Of a stretch of 64,000 nt of DNA, positions 17,883-28,011 are shown piece after piece. Source of the stretch: an uncultured Ignavibacteriales bacterium. GTDB taxonomy: Bacteria > Zixibacteria > MSB-5A5 > GN15 > FEB-12. The notes below the pieces were generated by a model, which saw only the letters and a program-made list of their open reading frames with translations, had not been told where the DNA came from and searched no databases. The DNA is taken from the NCBI GenBank assembly GCA_964396245.1, contig CAYNEO010000011.1, positions 410 through 64,409 of the forward strand, in the 5' to 3' direction. Position 1 is the stretch's first letter; the number at the start of each line of letters is the position of its first letter. The position numbers were made by a program, and so were the translations under genes.

Positions 17883-20800
17883 TTACTTCAGCAGTATCAT
17901 CTTCCTCGTCACTGTGTAGTCACCGGCCTCGATCCGATAGAGATATACGCCGCTGGCATTGTCCCCGGCATTCCATTGCAGGGTGTGTTCGCCAGCTTCG
18001 TAATAACTGTCGGCAAGTCGCGCTACCTCCTGTCCCAGGATATTGTAGACACTGACCACAACACGGGACGCGGTTGGCAGACTGAAGTCGATATTGGTTG
18101 TCGGGTTGAACGGATTCGGATAGTTCTGCGATACCGAGAACTCCTCGGGAAGAAGCATCTCGGGCCTGCCTTCCTGCAACACCAGGCCGCCGGGAACGGC
18201 GCTGGCTCCTGACAGACCGCGGAATTCAATCTGGTCGATATAGACGTCGTCGGCATCGCCGCTGGCGTCACACACAAACCGAATCTTCGCGTTAGTCGGG
18301 AAGTTGTATTCGCTTCGGTCGATTGTCACAACGGCATGATACCACGTACTGTTGTTGAAATCGATTCCACGGGCATAGGCGGCTACTGTCCGCCAGGCCG
18401 AGCCGTCGTAGTACTGGATCCAGAAATCCTCGCCATACTCCATGCTGATGGCCACGAAATAGAAATCGACCTCGAGCACGTTGAAGCCGGTTACGTTGTA
18501 ACCATAGGTATGGTAGAATGACGAGGCAACGCCGCTGTTGTCCTGAATGTCAGCTGCGTTGTAACCCTCCCATGCGTAGTAGTAGCCGGTATACAGGAAC
18601 ATGTCCGCGCCGCCGTCGGTATAGTTGCCCATGCCGCTTTCGAAGTCATCATAGGTTATGACTGCCGAGGAGCTGGGTTCGGACACCGTGATGTATCCCG
18701 TCTTGGTCTCGGTGTCGCTTCCGAAGACGTTTGTCGCGGTCAGCGACACCGTGTATGTGCCGGGGTTGGCGTACGAGTGTGAAGGATTCTGTGCCGTGGA
18801 ACTCCCGCCGTCGCCGAAATTCCAACTCCAGCTGGTCGGATTGCCGCCCGACAGGTCGGTGAAGCTGACGCTGAGCGGGGCCGGCCCGGAAGTCGGGTTG
18901 GCCGAGAAATCGGCCACCGGCGGCGTCTCGTTGGATACGACACTGATATCATCGAAGGCCATACCATCGGTCGAGATACTATAGTTGTCGTACTGCTGGA
19001 ATTTGACGACAAAGGTGCTCGTCAGGCTTAAGCCGTTTGCCGATGCCAGTTGATCGATATCGAGGTCTATCTCTCGGTAGGTGGTGCTCCCTCCGGTCAG
19101 ACTGTACACTTTGACAAACGACGATCCACCGTCATCGGAGAAGAAAACCCCATCCTGGGTATGATCTTCGTCGCCGAATTCCTTCCACCAGAACGACAGC
19201 GCGACGTCGCTCTTGCCGGACAGATTGAGCCGCAGCCAGGCTTCGTTCTGGGCATACAGGCCGCCGTTGTAGTTGTCATCCATGGTCATATGGTAGGAAC
19301 CTGAATGCGGTCCGTTGGCGGTGGTGATGAGGATGCGCCCTTCCGAGTTGCTGCTCTGCGTGAACCAGTACTGGTCAAAGGCTCCTGACTCGAAACCGGT
19401 CGAGTATGGCAGAGTGGCATAGGTTGCCGAGGGTGTGCTCACCGTGATGTAGTTCGACTTTATCTCGACATCACTGCCGCACGAGTTGGTTGCAGTCAGG
19501 GTGACGGAAAACGTTCCCTGTGATGTGTACGTGTGGGACGGGTTCTGCGCGGTCGAGGCACCGCCGTCGCCGAAGCTCCAACTCCACGATGTCGCGCCGG
19601 TTGACTGGTCAGTGAAATTCACCGTCAGGGGTGTATTGCCGGAGGTTGGACTGCCGGTGAAGTTCGCCACCGGGTAAGTGCAGCCTCCGGTCGTGATGTA
19701 ATTCGTCCGGGTGTATGTATCCGAACCGCAGGAACTGGTCGCGGTCAACCGAACCGTGAACGTTCCGACGCTCGTGTACGTGTGGCTCGGATTGGTCGCT
19801 GTCGACGTTCCGCCGTCACCGAAGTCCCACGAGTACGAAGTCGCACCGCTGGAACTGTTGGTGAAATATACCGTCAGCGGAGCATCTCCGGAAGTCGGTG
19901 AACCGCTGAATCCGGCGGTCGGACCGGCATTCACGGTAATGTAGTTGGTCTTGGTCTCCGAGTCACTGCCGGCGGCGTTGGTGACGGTCAGCGAGACTGT
20001 GTACGACCCGGACGAGCTGAACGTATGGCTCGGGTTCTGCGCAGTCGATGTTCCACCATCGCCGAAGTTCCAGCTCCAGCTTGTCGGGCTGCCTGACGAG
20101 AGGTCGGTGAAGCTCACCGACAGCGGCGAGCAGCCGGAAGTAGGCGAACCGCTGAAATTGGCAACCGGCGCCGCAGGGCCGGTATTCACGGCGTTGTAGG
20201 CGTTGACACGTCCGGCGCCCATCCTGCCGATGTATTGTGAGGACAGGTAGGCGTCGATATTGTCAGCGCTGGAATAGAGCTGGTTTTTCACCTGTGAGGC
20301 GGTCCAGCCCGGGTTGTGCGACCAGATCAATGCCCCGACGCCGGCTGTCAGCGGCGTCGCCATGGAAGTGCCGCTCAGCGACGCCCAGTAGTTGGTGTTC
20401 GGGTCGGTGTGATCGTGGTACGTGCTGTAGATGTTGTTGCCGGGCGCACAGATGTCGACCCAGGTCCCGTAGGTCGTGAAGCTGGCGGCGTTGTCGTTTT
20501 CATCGGTGGCGGCCACCGACACACAATCGCCACGGCCATTGAGGTAGTCGGCCGTGGTTCCGCCGTCGTTGCCGGCCGCGACAAACACGATACCGCCGCT
20601 GGCAATGAAGTAGTCGACCGCTGCGCCGAGACCGCCGCTGTTGGACGAACCCCAGCTACAGGACGCGATCTTTGCCCCCTTGGCGGCGGCATAGTAGAAA
20701 GCCGAGGCAGCGCAATCCATTTGCACGACGCCGTACTCCTGGCCGCCGTAATTGTAAGAATAGCCCATCCGCAGCGGCATCAGCTTGATACCGTTGCCGG

Positions 20801-21710
20801 TGACAGCCTGCGAGCCGTTGCCCCAGCCGCCGGCGATCCCGCACATGCCGTAACCATCGTTGGTCAGCATGGCGATGATACCGGCCGTGTGGGTGCCGTG
20901 ACCGTTGAAGTCACGCGGGTCGTTGTCCTCGGTGTTGCAGTCTTCGCCGGTCCAGCAGCTCGTGACGCCGTCGATGAAATCCCAACCGATCCAGTCATCG
21001 ACATAGCCGTTGCCGTCGTCGTCATATCCGGATGTGCCGTTGAGCTCGGCGGTATTGATCCACATATTGCCGCGCGAGGCGCCGGGATTGGACGGAGAGG
21101 CATTGGCGCCGCCAAGATCGGGATGATAGTACCGGGTACCGGAGTCGAGCAGGGCCACGATTACGGACGTGCTGCCGGTCTCGATGTTCCAGGCTTCCGG
21201 AGCATCGATGTCGTGGTCGCCGGCCTGATTGAGGTACCACTGATAGCTGTAATAGCCGTCGTTCGGTGTGGCGTAGAGGGCGTGGATGCCGTTCTTTTCC
21301 ACGGATTCGACGGCCGGGTCAGCCTGGTAGGCGGCCATGACTTCGTCGAGATCCGCGTTCGGGTCAAACCGGACAACGAAATGGTGCGATAAATCAAAGA
21401 ATCTGCCATTGATCATTTCGGGTTTGGCTCCCTTGAACATCTGATTCATCTCGGTGACCTGGTATTGCCGGGCAATAGCATCGAGGGACGGAATTTCCAG
21501 GGACATCAGCCCGCTGCGCAGCCGCGCCTTTTCGACCCTCTCCGGGGTCACACCGCTGGTTGCTTTGAAGTTCACAACGAGTTCACCCGGAGCCCAGCCG
21601 AGGAATGAAGGTCCATAGGGTCGGTCGACGACCTTCACATCCGGATTACCGGCCTGCACAAGCACCGGGATGAGGAGAACCATTGTGAAGAAGATTACCA
21701 GCTTCTTCAT
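17883..21710 (-). CDS. S8 subtilisin-like protease with 4 PKD domains, two jelly-roll-like domains and a T9SS-type C-terminal sorting domain
   Basis: LLDSG / HGTHTAG / SGTSMA triad; four WxFGDG...NPSHT repeats; QNYPNPFNP tail; AGGAGG RBS. Confidence 0.95.
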   Translation of the reverse strand: MKKLVIFFTMVLLIPVLVQAGNPDVKVVDRPYGPSFLGWAPGELVVNFKATSGVTPERVEKARLRSGLMSLEIPSLDAIARQYQVTEMNQMFKGAKPEMINGRFFDLSHHFVVRFDPNADLDEVMAAYQADPAVESVEKNGIHALYATPNDGYYSYQWYLNQAGDHDIDAPEAWNIETGSTSVIVALLDSGTRYYHPDLGGANASPSNPGASRGNMWINTAELNGTSGYDDDGNGYVDDWIGWDFIDGVTSCWTGEDCNTEDNDPRDFNGHGTHTAGIIAMLTNDGYGMCGIAGGWGNGSQAVTGNGIKLMPLRMGYSYNYGGQEYGVVQMDCAASAFYYAAAKGAKIASCSWGSSNSGGLGAAVDYFIASGGIVFVAAGNDGGTTADYLNGRGDCVSVAATDENDNAASFTTYGTWVDICAPGNNIYSTYHDHTDPNTNYWASLSGTSMATPLTAGVGALIWSHNPGWTASQVKNQLYSSADNIDAYLSSQYIGRMGAGRVNAYNAVNTGPAAPVANFSGSPTSGCSPLSVSFTDLSSGSPTSWSWNFGDGGTSTAQNPSHTFSSSGSYTVSLTVTNAAGSDSETKTNYITVNAGPTAGFSGSPTSGDAPLTVYFTNSSSGATSYSWDFGDGGTSTATNPSHTYTSVGTFTVRLTATSSCGSDTYTRTNYITTGGCTYPVANFTGSPTSGNTPLTVNFTDQSTGATSWSWSFGDGGASTAQNPSHTYTSQGTFSVTLTATNSCGSDVEIKSNYITVSTPSATYATLPYSTGFESGAFDQYWFTQSSNSEGRILITTANGPHSGSYHMTMDDNYNGGLYAQNEAWLRLNLSGKSDVALSFWWKEFGDEDHTQDGVFFSDDGGSSFVKVYSLTGGSTTYREIDLDIDQLASANGLSLTSTFVVKFQQYDNYSISTDGMAFDDISVVSNETPPVADFSANPTSGPAPLSVSFTDLSGGNPTSWSWNFGDGGSSTAQNPSHSYANPGTYTVSLTATNVFGSDTETKTGYITVSEPSSSAVITYDDFESGMGNYTDGGADMFLYTGYYYAWEGYNAADIQDNSGVASSFYHTYGYNVTGFNVLEVDFYFVAISMEYGEDFWIQYYDGSAWRTVAAYARGIDFNNSTWYHAVVTIDRSEYNFPTNAKIRFVCDASGDADDVYIDQIEFRGLSGASAVPGGLVLQEGRPEMLLPEEFSVSQNYPNPFNPTTNIDFSLPTASRVVVSVYNILGQEVARLADSYYEAGEHTLQWNAGDNASGVYLYRIEAGDYTVTRKMILLK

Positions 21711-21916
21711 TCGAACCTCCTTTTCGAAGTTAGTTACTCTGCAAGAATTAATAAAACGACGGTGAGATATTTAGCTCATACGCATCCCCCTTTCGGCGCA
21801 GAAAGTTAACGCGATTTTGATTCACAAATAGCCGCCACTCCCTCGGATGAGGGACCTATGAGTGTTGGATATTGATGTGGTGTTTTTCGGTTAAAGATCT
21901 CCGACCCAGTTAGCGA

Positions 21917-21945
21917 ACGATAATCCGGACGATACGGGTTGTCAA
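21917..21945 (-). promoter_or_regulatory. sigma70-type promoter of the S8 protease
   Basis: minus strand TTGACA(21945-40)-17 nt-TATCGT(21922-17). Confidence 0.6.
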
Positions 21946-22020
21946 CTGATAAGATTGCCGCCCCGCCGCACCCGTTTTCCGGAAACGGCGACCCATTTTA
22001 TTATGGTTAACCGAGCGTCG

Positions 22021-24315
22021 TCAACCGCTCGTAACATCCTGGTCGACCCAGATTTTCGCCAGCAGCCGCTCAAACCGCGGATCCGAACGCAGGTGGTCTG
22101 CATACGGCGCGTGCAGAAGCGACGGCATCCAGGAATCACGCTGCTCGCAGGCATCTTCAAACCGATCAAAGGCTTCATCCAGCCGGCCCAACCCGGAAAG
22201 TACAAGCGCCGGGTACATGGGCGGGACATGCCGATGTTCAGCCGCAGCGCTCAGGCGGTCGAGAACCTGACTTGCCTCCTCAGTTCGGCCCGCGAGACCG
22301 CACGCCATGCCCAGATGGCCCAGAGCGAGAGGGCTCTCGGCTGAGACAGCCACCAGATGTTGGAACACGTCGATGGATTCGTCCCATTTCCCTATCGCCG
22401 ACAGGGTAAGCCCCTTGAACAGGTGCGCCAGAAAGAATTCCGGCTCCAGTTCCAGCGTGGCGTGAATTTGCGCCAACGCTTCATCGTATCTGCGGCCCCA
22501 GTAATAGGCCAATCCCAGCACCGCGTTCAGGATCAAAGAAACAGGATCCAGTTCCAGACCGCGCCTGACCTGGGCGAGGCCTTCATCGTAGCGGCCCAGG
22601 ACCCCCAATAACAACGCAAAGAACTCTCTCAGGTCGGAGTAATTGGGGTTCAGGTTGACCGCGAGGCGGAATTCCCTTTCGGCAGCGACGAAATCCCAGC
22701 TGTGGAAGGTATGGAGCCAGCCAAGCGCAGCGTGCGCTTCGGCGAGAGAGTTGTCAATCGCGAGGGCAGTCTCCACCGCCTTCTTTGATACGGGATAACA
22801 CTCCATGGGAGAAAGATAGAGATGACCGAGGATGTTGTAGGCATCCGCTACGCCAACGTACGCCAGGGCGTATTCGGGGTCGCGCGCGATGGCGCGCTGG
22901 AAAAACTCTATCGATTTCTGGAGGCCGCCCTGGAAACGTCTATTCCAGAAGTAGCGGCCCTGAAGGTACAGTTTGTACGCCTCCTGATCCTCGGTATACC
23001 GTTTTGTCAGCCGCGTTTTCTCCTGTGTCAGCAGGCGGACTTTCAAACGATCCACTATCGTCAGGGCGATTTCATCCTGGATCGAAAAGATGTCCTGCAT
23101 ATTGCGGTCATATTTCTCCGACCAGAGATGGTAACCATCGGCCACGTTAATAAGCTGGGTGGTGATACGTATCCGGCCGTTTGCCTTTCTGACGCTGCCT
23201 TCAAGTACGGTGGCCACATTCAGTTTGCGGCCGATCTCCCTGATATCCTGTTCTTTGCCACGGAAGGAGAACGCCGATGTTCGCGCTACCACACGCAGGC
23301 CATCGACCTGGGCCAACGCGTTGATGATCTCCTCGGCCATGCCGTCGCAAAAGTAGTCCTGGGCGCGGTCATCACTCAGGTTAGTGAATGGCAGGACGGC
23401 GATTGACGGCTTGGATGGCGAGTCGGCTTCCGGCGCGGTTGAACGGGTCTCCAGTTCGACTCTTACCTCCCGAAGATCGGACAGCATCTCGGCGGCTGTC
23501 TGGTACCTCTCGGCGGGTTCCTTTTCGAGCGCCTTATCGATGACTGCCTGAAGTTTCAATGGAAGGTCAGTGATGTATTCGTCCAACCGCGGCACGGCTT
23601 CCTGGACAATAGCCAGCAGGGTGGCGGCTTCATAGTCGCGCAGGAAGGGCGATTTACCGGTGAGCATTTCGAAAAGCACGATGCCAAGCGAAAAGAGATC
23701 GGAACGGGAATCAGCCGACTCTCCCCTGATCTGTTCCGGCGACATGTATCCGATTGTTCCGGAAATCGAGCCATCATGGCTGACCGGTTCGTATCCGCGG
23801 ATTGTGGCCAATCCGAAGTCGAGTAATTTGCAGTTCCCCTTACGGTCCACCTTGATATTCGATGGTTTGATGTCGCGGTGTACGACCCCTATGGAGTGAG
23901 CTTCGTGCAATCCGGCCGCAAGCTGTGTGGCGCATTCCAGGGCGCACTGCAGGGAGACCTTCCGCGCCTTGATCATCTGGCGCAGGGTTTCGCCCTCGAC
24001 ATATTCCATAGCAAGGAAAAGCCGCCCCTGTTCTTCGCCGATTTCGTAAACCGTGACTATGTTGGGATGGCTCAACCGGGCAGCCGCTCGCGCCTCGCGT
24101 GTAAAGCGGGCCCGGACCTCCGGGTCGGAAGCATACGCCTCCGGCAGGAACTTCAGCACGACGCTCCGATGAAGACTGATGTCCTCGGCCAGATAAACAT
24201 CACCCATACCACCGGTTTCGATATGCTCCCGGATACGATAATGCCCAATTACAGATTGCGCATCGCGTTGAAATCTCGATTGGGTGATGTCATCAGCGTC
24301 GTCGTTTTTCGACAA
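22021..24315 (-). CDS. Ser/Thr protein kinase with TolB-like domain and TPR repeats
   Basis: GGMGDVY, VLK, HRDIKPSN, DFG, YMSPEQ; SIAVLPF...YFCDG; TPRs; TTG start at 24315 chosen, uncertain. Confidence 0.92.
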   Translation of the reverse strand: MSKNDDADDITQSRFQRDAQSVIGHYRIREHIETGGMGDVYLAEDISLHRSVVLKFLPEAYASDPEVRARFTREARAAARLSHPNIVTVYEIGEEQGRLFLAMEYVEGETLRQMIKARKVSLQCALECATQLAAGLHEAHSIGVVHRDIKPSNIKVDRKGNCKLLDFGLATIRGYEPVSHDGSISGTIGYMSPEQIRGESADSRSDLFSLGIVLFEMLTGKSPFLRDYEAATLLAIVQEAVPRLDEYITDLPLKLQAVIDKALEKEPAERYQTAAEMLSDLREVRVELETRSTAPEADSPSKPSIAVLPFTNLSDDRAQDYFCDGMAEEIINALAQVDGLRVVARTSAFSFRGKEQDIREIGRKLNVATVLEGSVRKANGRIRITTQLINVADGYHLWSEKYDRNMQDIFSIQDEIALTIVDRLKVRLLTQEKTRLTKRYTEDQEAYKLYLQGRYFWNRRFQGGLQKSIEFFQRAIARDPEYALAYVGVADAYNILGHLYLSPMECYPVSKKAVETALAIDNSLAEAHAALGWLHTFHSWDFVAAEREFRLAVNLNPNYSDLREFFALLLGVLGRYDEGLAQVRRGLELDPVSLILNAVLGLAYYWGRRYDEALAQIHATLELEPEFFLAHLFKGLTLSAIGKWDESIDVFQHLVAVSAESPLALGHLGMACGLAGRTEEASQVLDRLSAAAEHRHVPPMYPALVLSGLGRLDEAFDRFEDACEQRDSWMPSLLHAPYADHLRSDPRFERLLAKIWVDQDVTSG

Positions 24316-24603
24316 TACAAACACCCCCACGTCAGAAATCCAGAGAACCGCACATGTTTGAATGGCATTATATAATACACTTCGCCCACTTGAAACGCAA
24401 CAACTAACGACTGAGTCATGCGCGCCGGCGACCGGTCGATTTCTCCACGGGGAACAAAGCGGGCCTGGGATCAATTCTAGTGAAAGGCGAGCGGCCCGGG
24501 ACCTCAAGTCCGATTCGGGTTGCGAACCGGTTCATACATAATCTTCTTGCCGTTTCTCCAATTTGAAAAAACGAATCCACTCGCAGACTCTGGAGAGTGA
24601 TTT

Positions 24604-25548
24604 ATGAAAGCTGTACAAATCAAAGAGTTCGGCGGCGTCGAGGTCCTGAAGATTGCGGACGTCGACCGGCCGAAGCCGGGGAAAGGGCAGACTCTCATAG
24701 AAGTCCATGCCTCGAGCATCAATCCGGTCGACGCAGGATTATTGTCCGGCCGGTTGCAGAAAATGTTTCCCATGAACCTTCCCGCCGTTCTCGGCTGGGA
24801 TATCGCCGGGACCATTGTGGAAGTCGGCGAAGACGGAAACACTGACGAGGCGGGGGTCAAGGTATACGGTCAGGCAAGTCCGGTCGCCGGCGGCAGCGGT
24901 GCGTTCGCAGAATACGCGGTCGCGCCGTCACACCTGATTGCTAGAATGCCGAAAAACCTCGATTTCAACGAAGCCGCCGCGATTTCGCTGGTCGGGCTGA
25001 GTGCGGTGCAGGGAATCAACGAGCATCTCAAGCTCAAACCCGGCCAGAAAATACTGATACACGGCGGCGCCGGCGGTATCGGTTCCATCGCCATTCAGCT
25101 GGCGAAGCATATCGGGGCTTATGTCGCGACCACGGCTACCGATGTGGGTATCGACTTTGTCAAGAAACTTGGCGCCGACGAAGTAATCGATTATGCCGGC
25201 GAGGATTTCGCCGAGCAGTTGTCTGACTTCGACGCTGTGTTCGACAATGTCGGGGGTGACGTGTATGCAAAGTCATTCTCTGTTCTGAAGAAAGGCGGCA
25301 CCATCGTCTCTATGACCCACCGGCCGGATGAGGACCTGATAAAGAAATACGAGGTCAACGCCCTCTACGAACACACCGAGACAAGCTCCGATTATCTGAA
25401 TGAGCTGACAAAGCTGATCGAAGACGGGGTGATCACGGTGAATCTCGACAAGACCTATCCCCTCGACCAAATTGCAGAGGCGTTCAGGATCAAGCAAGAG
25501 GGTCACGTCCGGGGCAAGATCGCAGTCGAGGTACGAAAACAGGTCTGA
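24604..25548 (+). CDS. NADP-dependent MDR/quinone oxidoreductase family protein
   Basis: SINPVD, GWDIAG, LIHGGAGGIG, RGKI. Confidence 0.92.
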   Translation: MKAVQIKEFGGVEVLKIADVDRPKPGKGQTLIEVHASSINPVDAGLLSGRLQKMFPMNLPAVLGWDIAGTIVEVGEDGNTDEAGVKVYGQASPVAGGSGAFAEYAVAPSHLIARMPKNLDFNEAAAISLVGLSAVQGINEHLKLKPGQKILIHGGAGGIGSIAIQLAKHIGAYVATTATDVGIDFVKKLGADEVIDYAGEDFAEQLSDFDAVFDNVGGDVYAKSFSVLKKGGTIVSMTHRPDEDLIKKYEVNALYEHTETSSDYLNELTKLIEDGVITVNLDKTYPLDQIAEAFRIKQEGHVRGKIAVEVRKQV

Positions 25549-25563
25549 TTGACGAGCCCTTGA

Positions 25564-27978
25564 TTAGAAGCGAAAATCATAGGAAATGCCGAACGACGGC
25601 ATCGGGCCGAACCACGTTTCCTTGGACCGCTGGATTGAATAGACGCCGTCATGCGAGACAAGGCTGTACTCGTAGTTGCGGACGTTTTCATCTGCAAGGA
25701 CATTGATCACTTCGACAAAGGCAGTAATGGTACCCCTCGATGTCTCGAACTTGCGGTTCATCCGCAGGTCGAGACGTTTAAAGGTATCGAGTCTCCCCTG
25801 CCAGGGATCAGTTGCCTGGAGAAACAGTATCGGGTCGCCGCCCTGCCAGGCATCCTCGATCTCGACTTCGGTGTATGGCCACCCGGTGTGTACCTGCCAC
25901 GCCAGGCTCAGTTGCCACCTGGGACTGAAACGATAGTTGAAATCAAGGTAGAACGTGTGCAACTGGTCATACGGGTATGGGAATTCCCGGTTGTAATTGA
26001 CCAGGACGTCTTCATGGTAGAAGTAGAGGTTCTTGATATCGTCGCGGACTTTCGACATTGAATAACTCGCCCACCAACTTGCTTTCTGACCGATATCCCG
26101 CTTGAGGCACACCTCGATACCCCAGGCGGTTTTGCCGTTAAATTTTACCTCGACCCGGTCTTCCTCGAGCTCGGGAAACGTAACCAGTTCTCCAAAAGTA
26201 TTCCGATATGCCGGCTGCAGATCGGTGTACTTCTTGTAGAAGACGTTCAGGAGGATATTCTCGCCGTTCGTTGCGGTGTGTTCAAGTCCGGCCACGAGAT
26301 GCTCGGCTCTTTCGGACGAATGGAATTCCGTCTCACCGTCCTGAACACTGATCTCATCGATTCGCTGGACCTGGTAAAAATAGCCCCATCCCAACCGGAG
26401 TGACGTGCTCTTAGAGAGCGTAATCGCCAGGTTTGCCCGGGGAGACCAGTCGCGGTCACCGGAGTACGAGGTATAGTCGTACCTGACGCCGAACTCGCCG
26501 GTAAGGAAGCCGGCAAAACGAATTCGGTTCGAGAGATATGTGCTTACTTTCTGCCCTGAGGGATTGATCGACACCATTCTCGAATCCACGCTCTGCAGTT
26601 GATAGGCAGGCTCCTGACCCGGAAAGTAAGCGTAGTTGTACAGGTGGCCGGCATAGTCGTATTCGGCTGAGACGTGTTTGACATCCACACCGGTCTTGAA
26701 CAGCAGCCTGTCGCTCGCCTCAAAGTCCCAATCCGACTTGACGCCAAACAGGGTGAAACTTCGCCGGTCGTTAACGCGCATTTCCGGGACCCAACCGAAC
26801 TCGTTAAATACCTGCCCGTTACGGCTGCTGCTGACTTCACCCACCGAGGCGATAGTACGCGCCACTACTTTCGAGGAAAGGTAGGAGTCCAGGGTGAGCC
26901 AGAAATAGGTGTTGCCATATGACGACAGAAGCGTGTCACCCGTGTTGTCCTCACCATCGGACACGCTGCCGAGGTACCGCAGATCGTCGTCCGCCTTAAG
27001 GAAATTGGCAGTCAGCATCTGCCTGTTGTTCAGCCGGTATCTCAGTTTACCGAACACGTCGTAGTATTTCGGACGCACCTGATCGTCCTGACCGAGTGCA
27101 CCCAGGACCAGATCGATATAGCCGCGTCTGCCCGACACCAGCCATGCCCCTCTCCGGTCGGCGAAAGTGCCCTCGCCCAGAAAGCGTGCGTTCATGAGAC
27201 TCAACCCAACCGATGCCCGCTTGGTATCTGCATCTGGCTCTTTGGATTTGATATTGAAGACGCCGCTCATCCGGTCGCCGTAATACGCCGGGTACCCGCC
27301 GGCCAGCAAGTCGATTCCTTCCACCGCGGCGACATCGGTGATACTGATCACACCGCCGTCGACATCTTTCAAATGAAACGGTTCGTACAGTTCCATTCCG
27401 TCGAGGTTTATCAGCACCTCGTCCTGTTCGCCGCCACGGATCGTGAATTTGGCCGAGAAGTCGTTGTAGGTGATTCCCGGAAGCCTCTGAACCGCACGGA
27501 ACAAATCCTCGCTCAACTGCGGTCTGGTTTCGATAATCTCTTTGGGAAGAATCTGCCGGGTGGTCGGCTCGCTGCTCGTAATTGAATATTGCCCGGGAGT
27601 CACCCTGACGCCTTTGATCGAAACCGGTTTTTGCTTGATGGCAATCTGGATGTCGATAGTCTGCCCTTCAGAGAGGTGCAGACTGTCGGTCAATTTCGAT
27701 TCGTAGCCCACGTGGGTAATTTGCAGGATGTAAGTTCCCGGCTGGAGGTTCCTCAGGGTAAAAACACCGTTGGTATCGGTAGTTGTGCCGCCAAACTTGC
27801 CGAGCATATCGATGCTCACTAATGGTATCGGCTCGTGGGTGTCGGCATCGGTAATTCTGCCTGTGATCCCGGCCCGTTTCGACGGAGTGGAAAACACCGA
27901 TGACAGGTTAATCACCGAGTAGATGACCGCAAGCCCAATCAACAGGCGTGGAAAGTTTCGAACCAATCGCAGCGGCAT
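25564..27978 (-). CDS. TonB-dependent receptor with N-terminal carboxypeptidase-regulatory-like domain
   Basis: GRITDADT.EP, plug RGG...LDG, GGYPAYYGDRMSGV, GVRYDY, C-terminal Phe. Confidence 0.9.
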   Translation of the reverse strand: MPLRLVRNFPRLLIGLAVIYSVINLSSVFSTPSKRAGITGRITDADTHEPIPLVSIDMLGKFGGTTTDTNGVFTLRNLQPGTYILQITHVGYESKLTDSLHLSEGQTIDIQIAIKQKPVSIKGVRVTPGQYSITSSEPTTRQILPKEIIETRPQLSEDLFRAVQRLPGITYNDFSAKFTIRGGEQDEVLINLDGMELYEPFHLKDVDGGVISITDVAAVEGIDLLAGGYPAYYGDRMSGVFNIKSKEPDADTKRASVGLSLMNARFLGEGTFADRRGAWLVSGRRGYIDLVLGALGQDDQVRPKYYDVFGKLRYRLNNRQMLTANFLKADDDLRYLGSVSDGEDNTGDTLLSSYGNTYFWLTLDSYLSSKVVARTIASVGEVSSSRNGQVFNEFGWVPEMRVNDRRSFTLFGVKSDWDFEASDRLLFKTGVDVKHVSAEYDYAGHLYNYAYFPGQEPAYQLQSVDSRMVSINPSGQKVSTYLSNRIRFAGFLTGEFGVRYDYTSYSGDRDWSPRANLAITLSKSTSLRLGWGYFYQVQRIDEISVQDGETEFHSSERAEHLVAGLEHTATNGENILLNVFYKKYTDLQPAYRNTFGELVTFPELEEDRVEVKFNGKTAWGIEVCLKRDIGQKASWWASYSMSKVRDDIKNLYFYHEDVLVNYNREFPYPYDQLHTFYLDFNYRFSPRWQLSLAWQVHTGWPYTEVEIEDAWQGGDPILFLQATDPWQGRLDTFKRLDLRMNRKFETSRGTITAFVEVINVLADENVRNYEYSLVSHDGVYSIQRSKETWFGPMPSFGISYDFRF

Positions 27979-28011
27979 TGCAGCACTTTCGTTTCAAGTC
28001 TTCAACGAAGA

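Noticed and set aside
20316-21392. 358-aa plus-strand ORF
   Set aside because: Antisense shadow of the S8 protease, typical of high-GC codon bias
21780-21860. SAM-I-like CTCATCCGAGGGAGTGGC in the protease leader
   Set aside because: GCAACC and GGTGC core elements are absent and the downstream gene is unrelated to methionine
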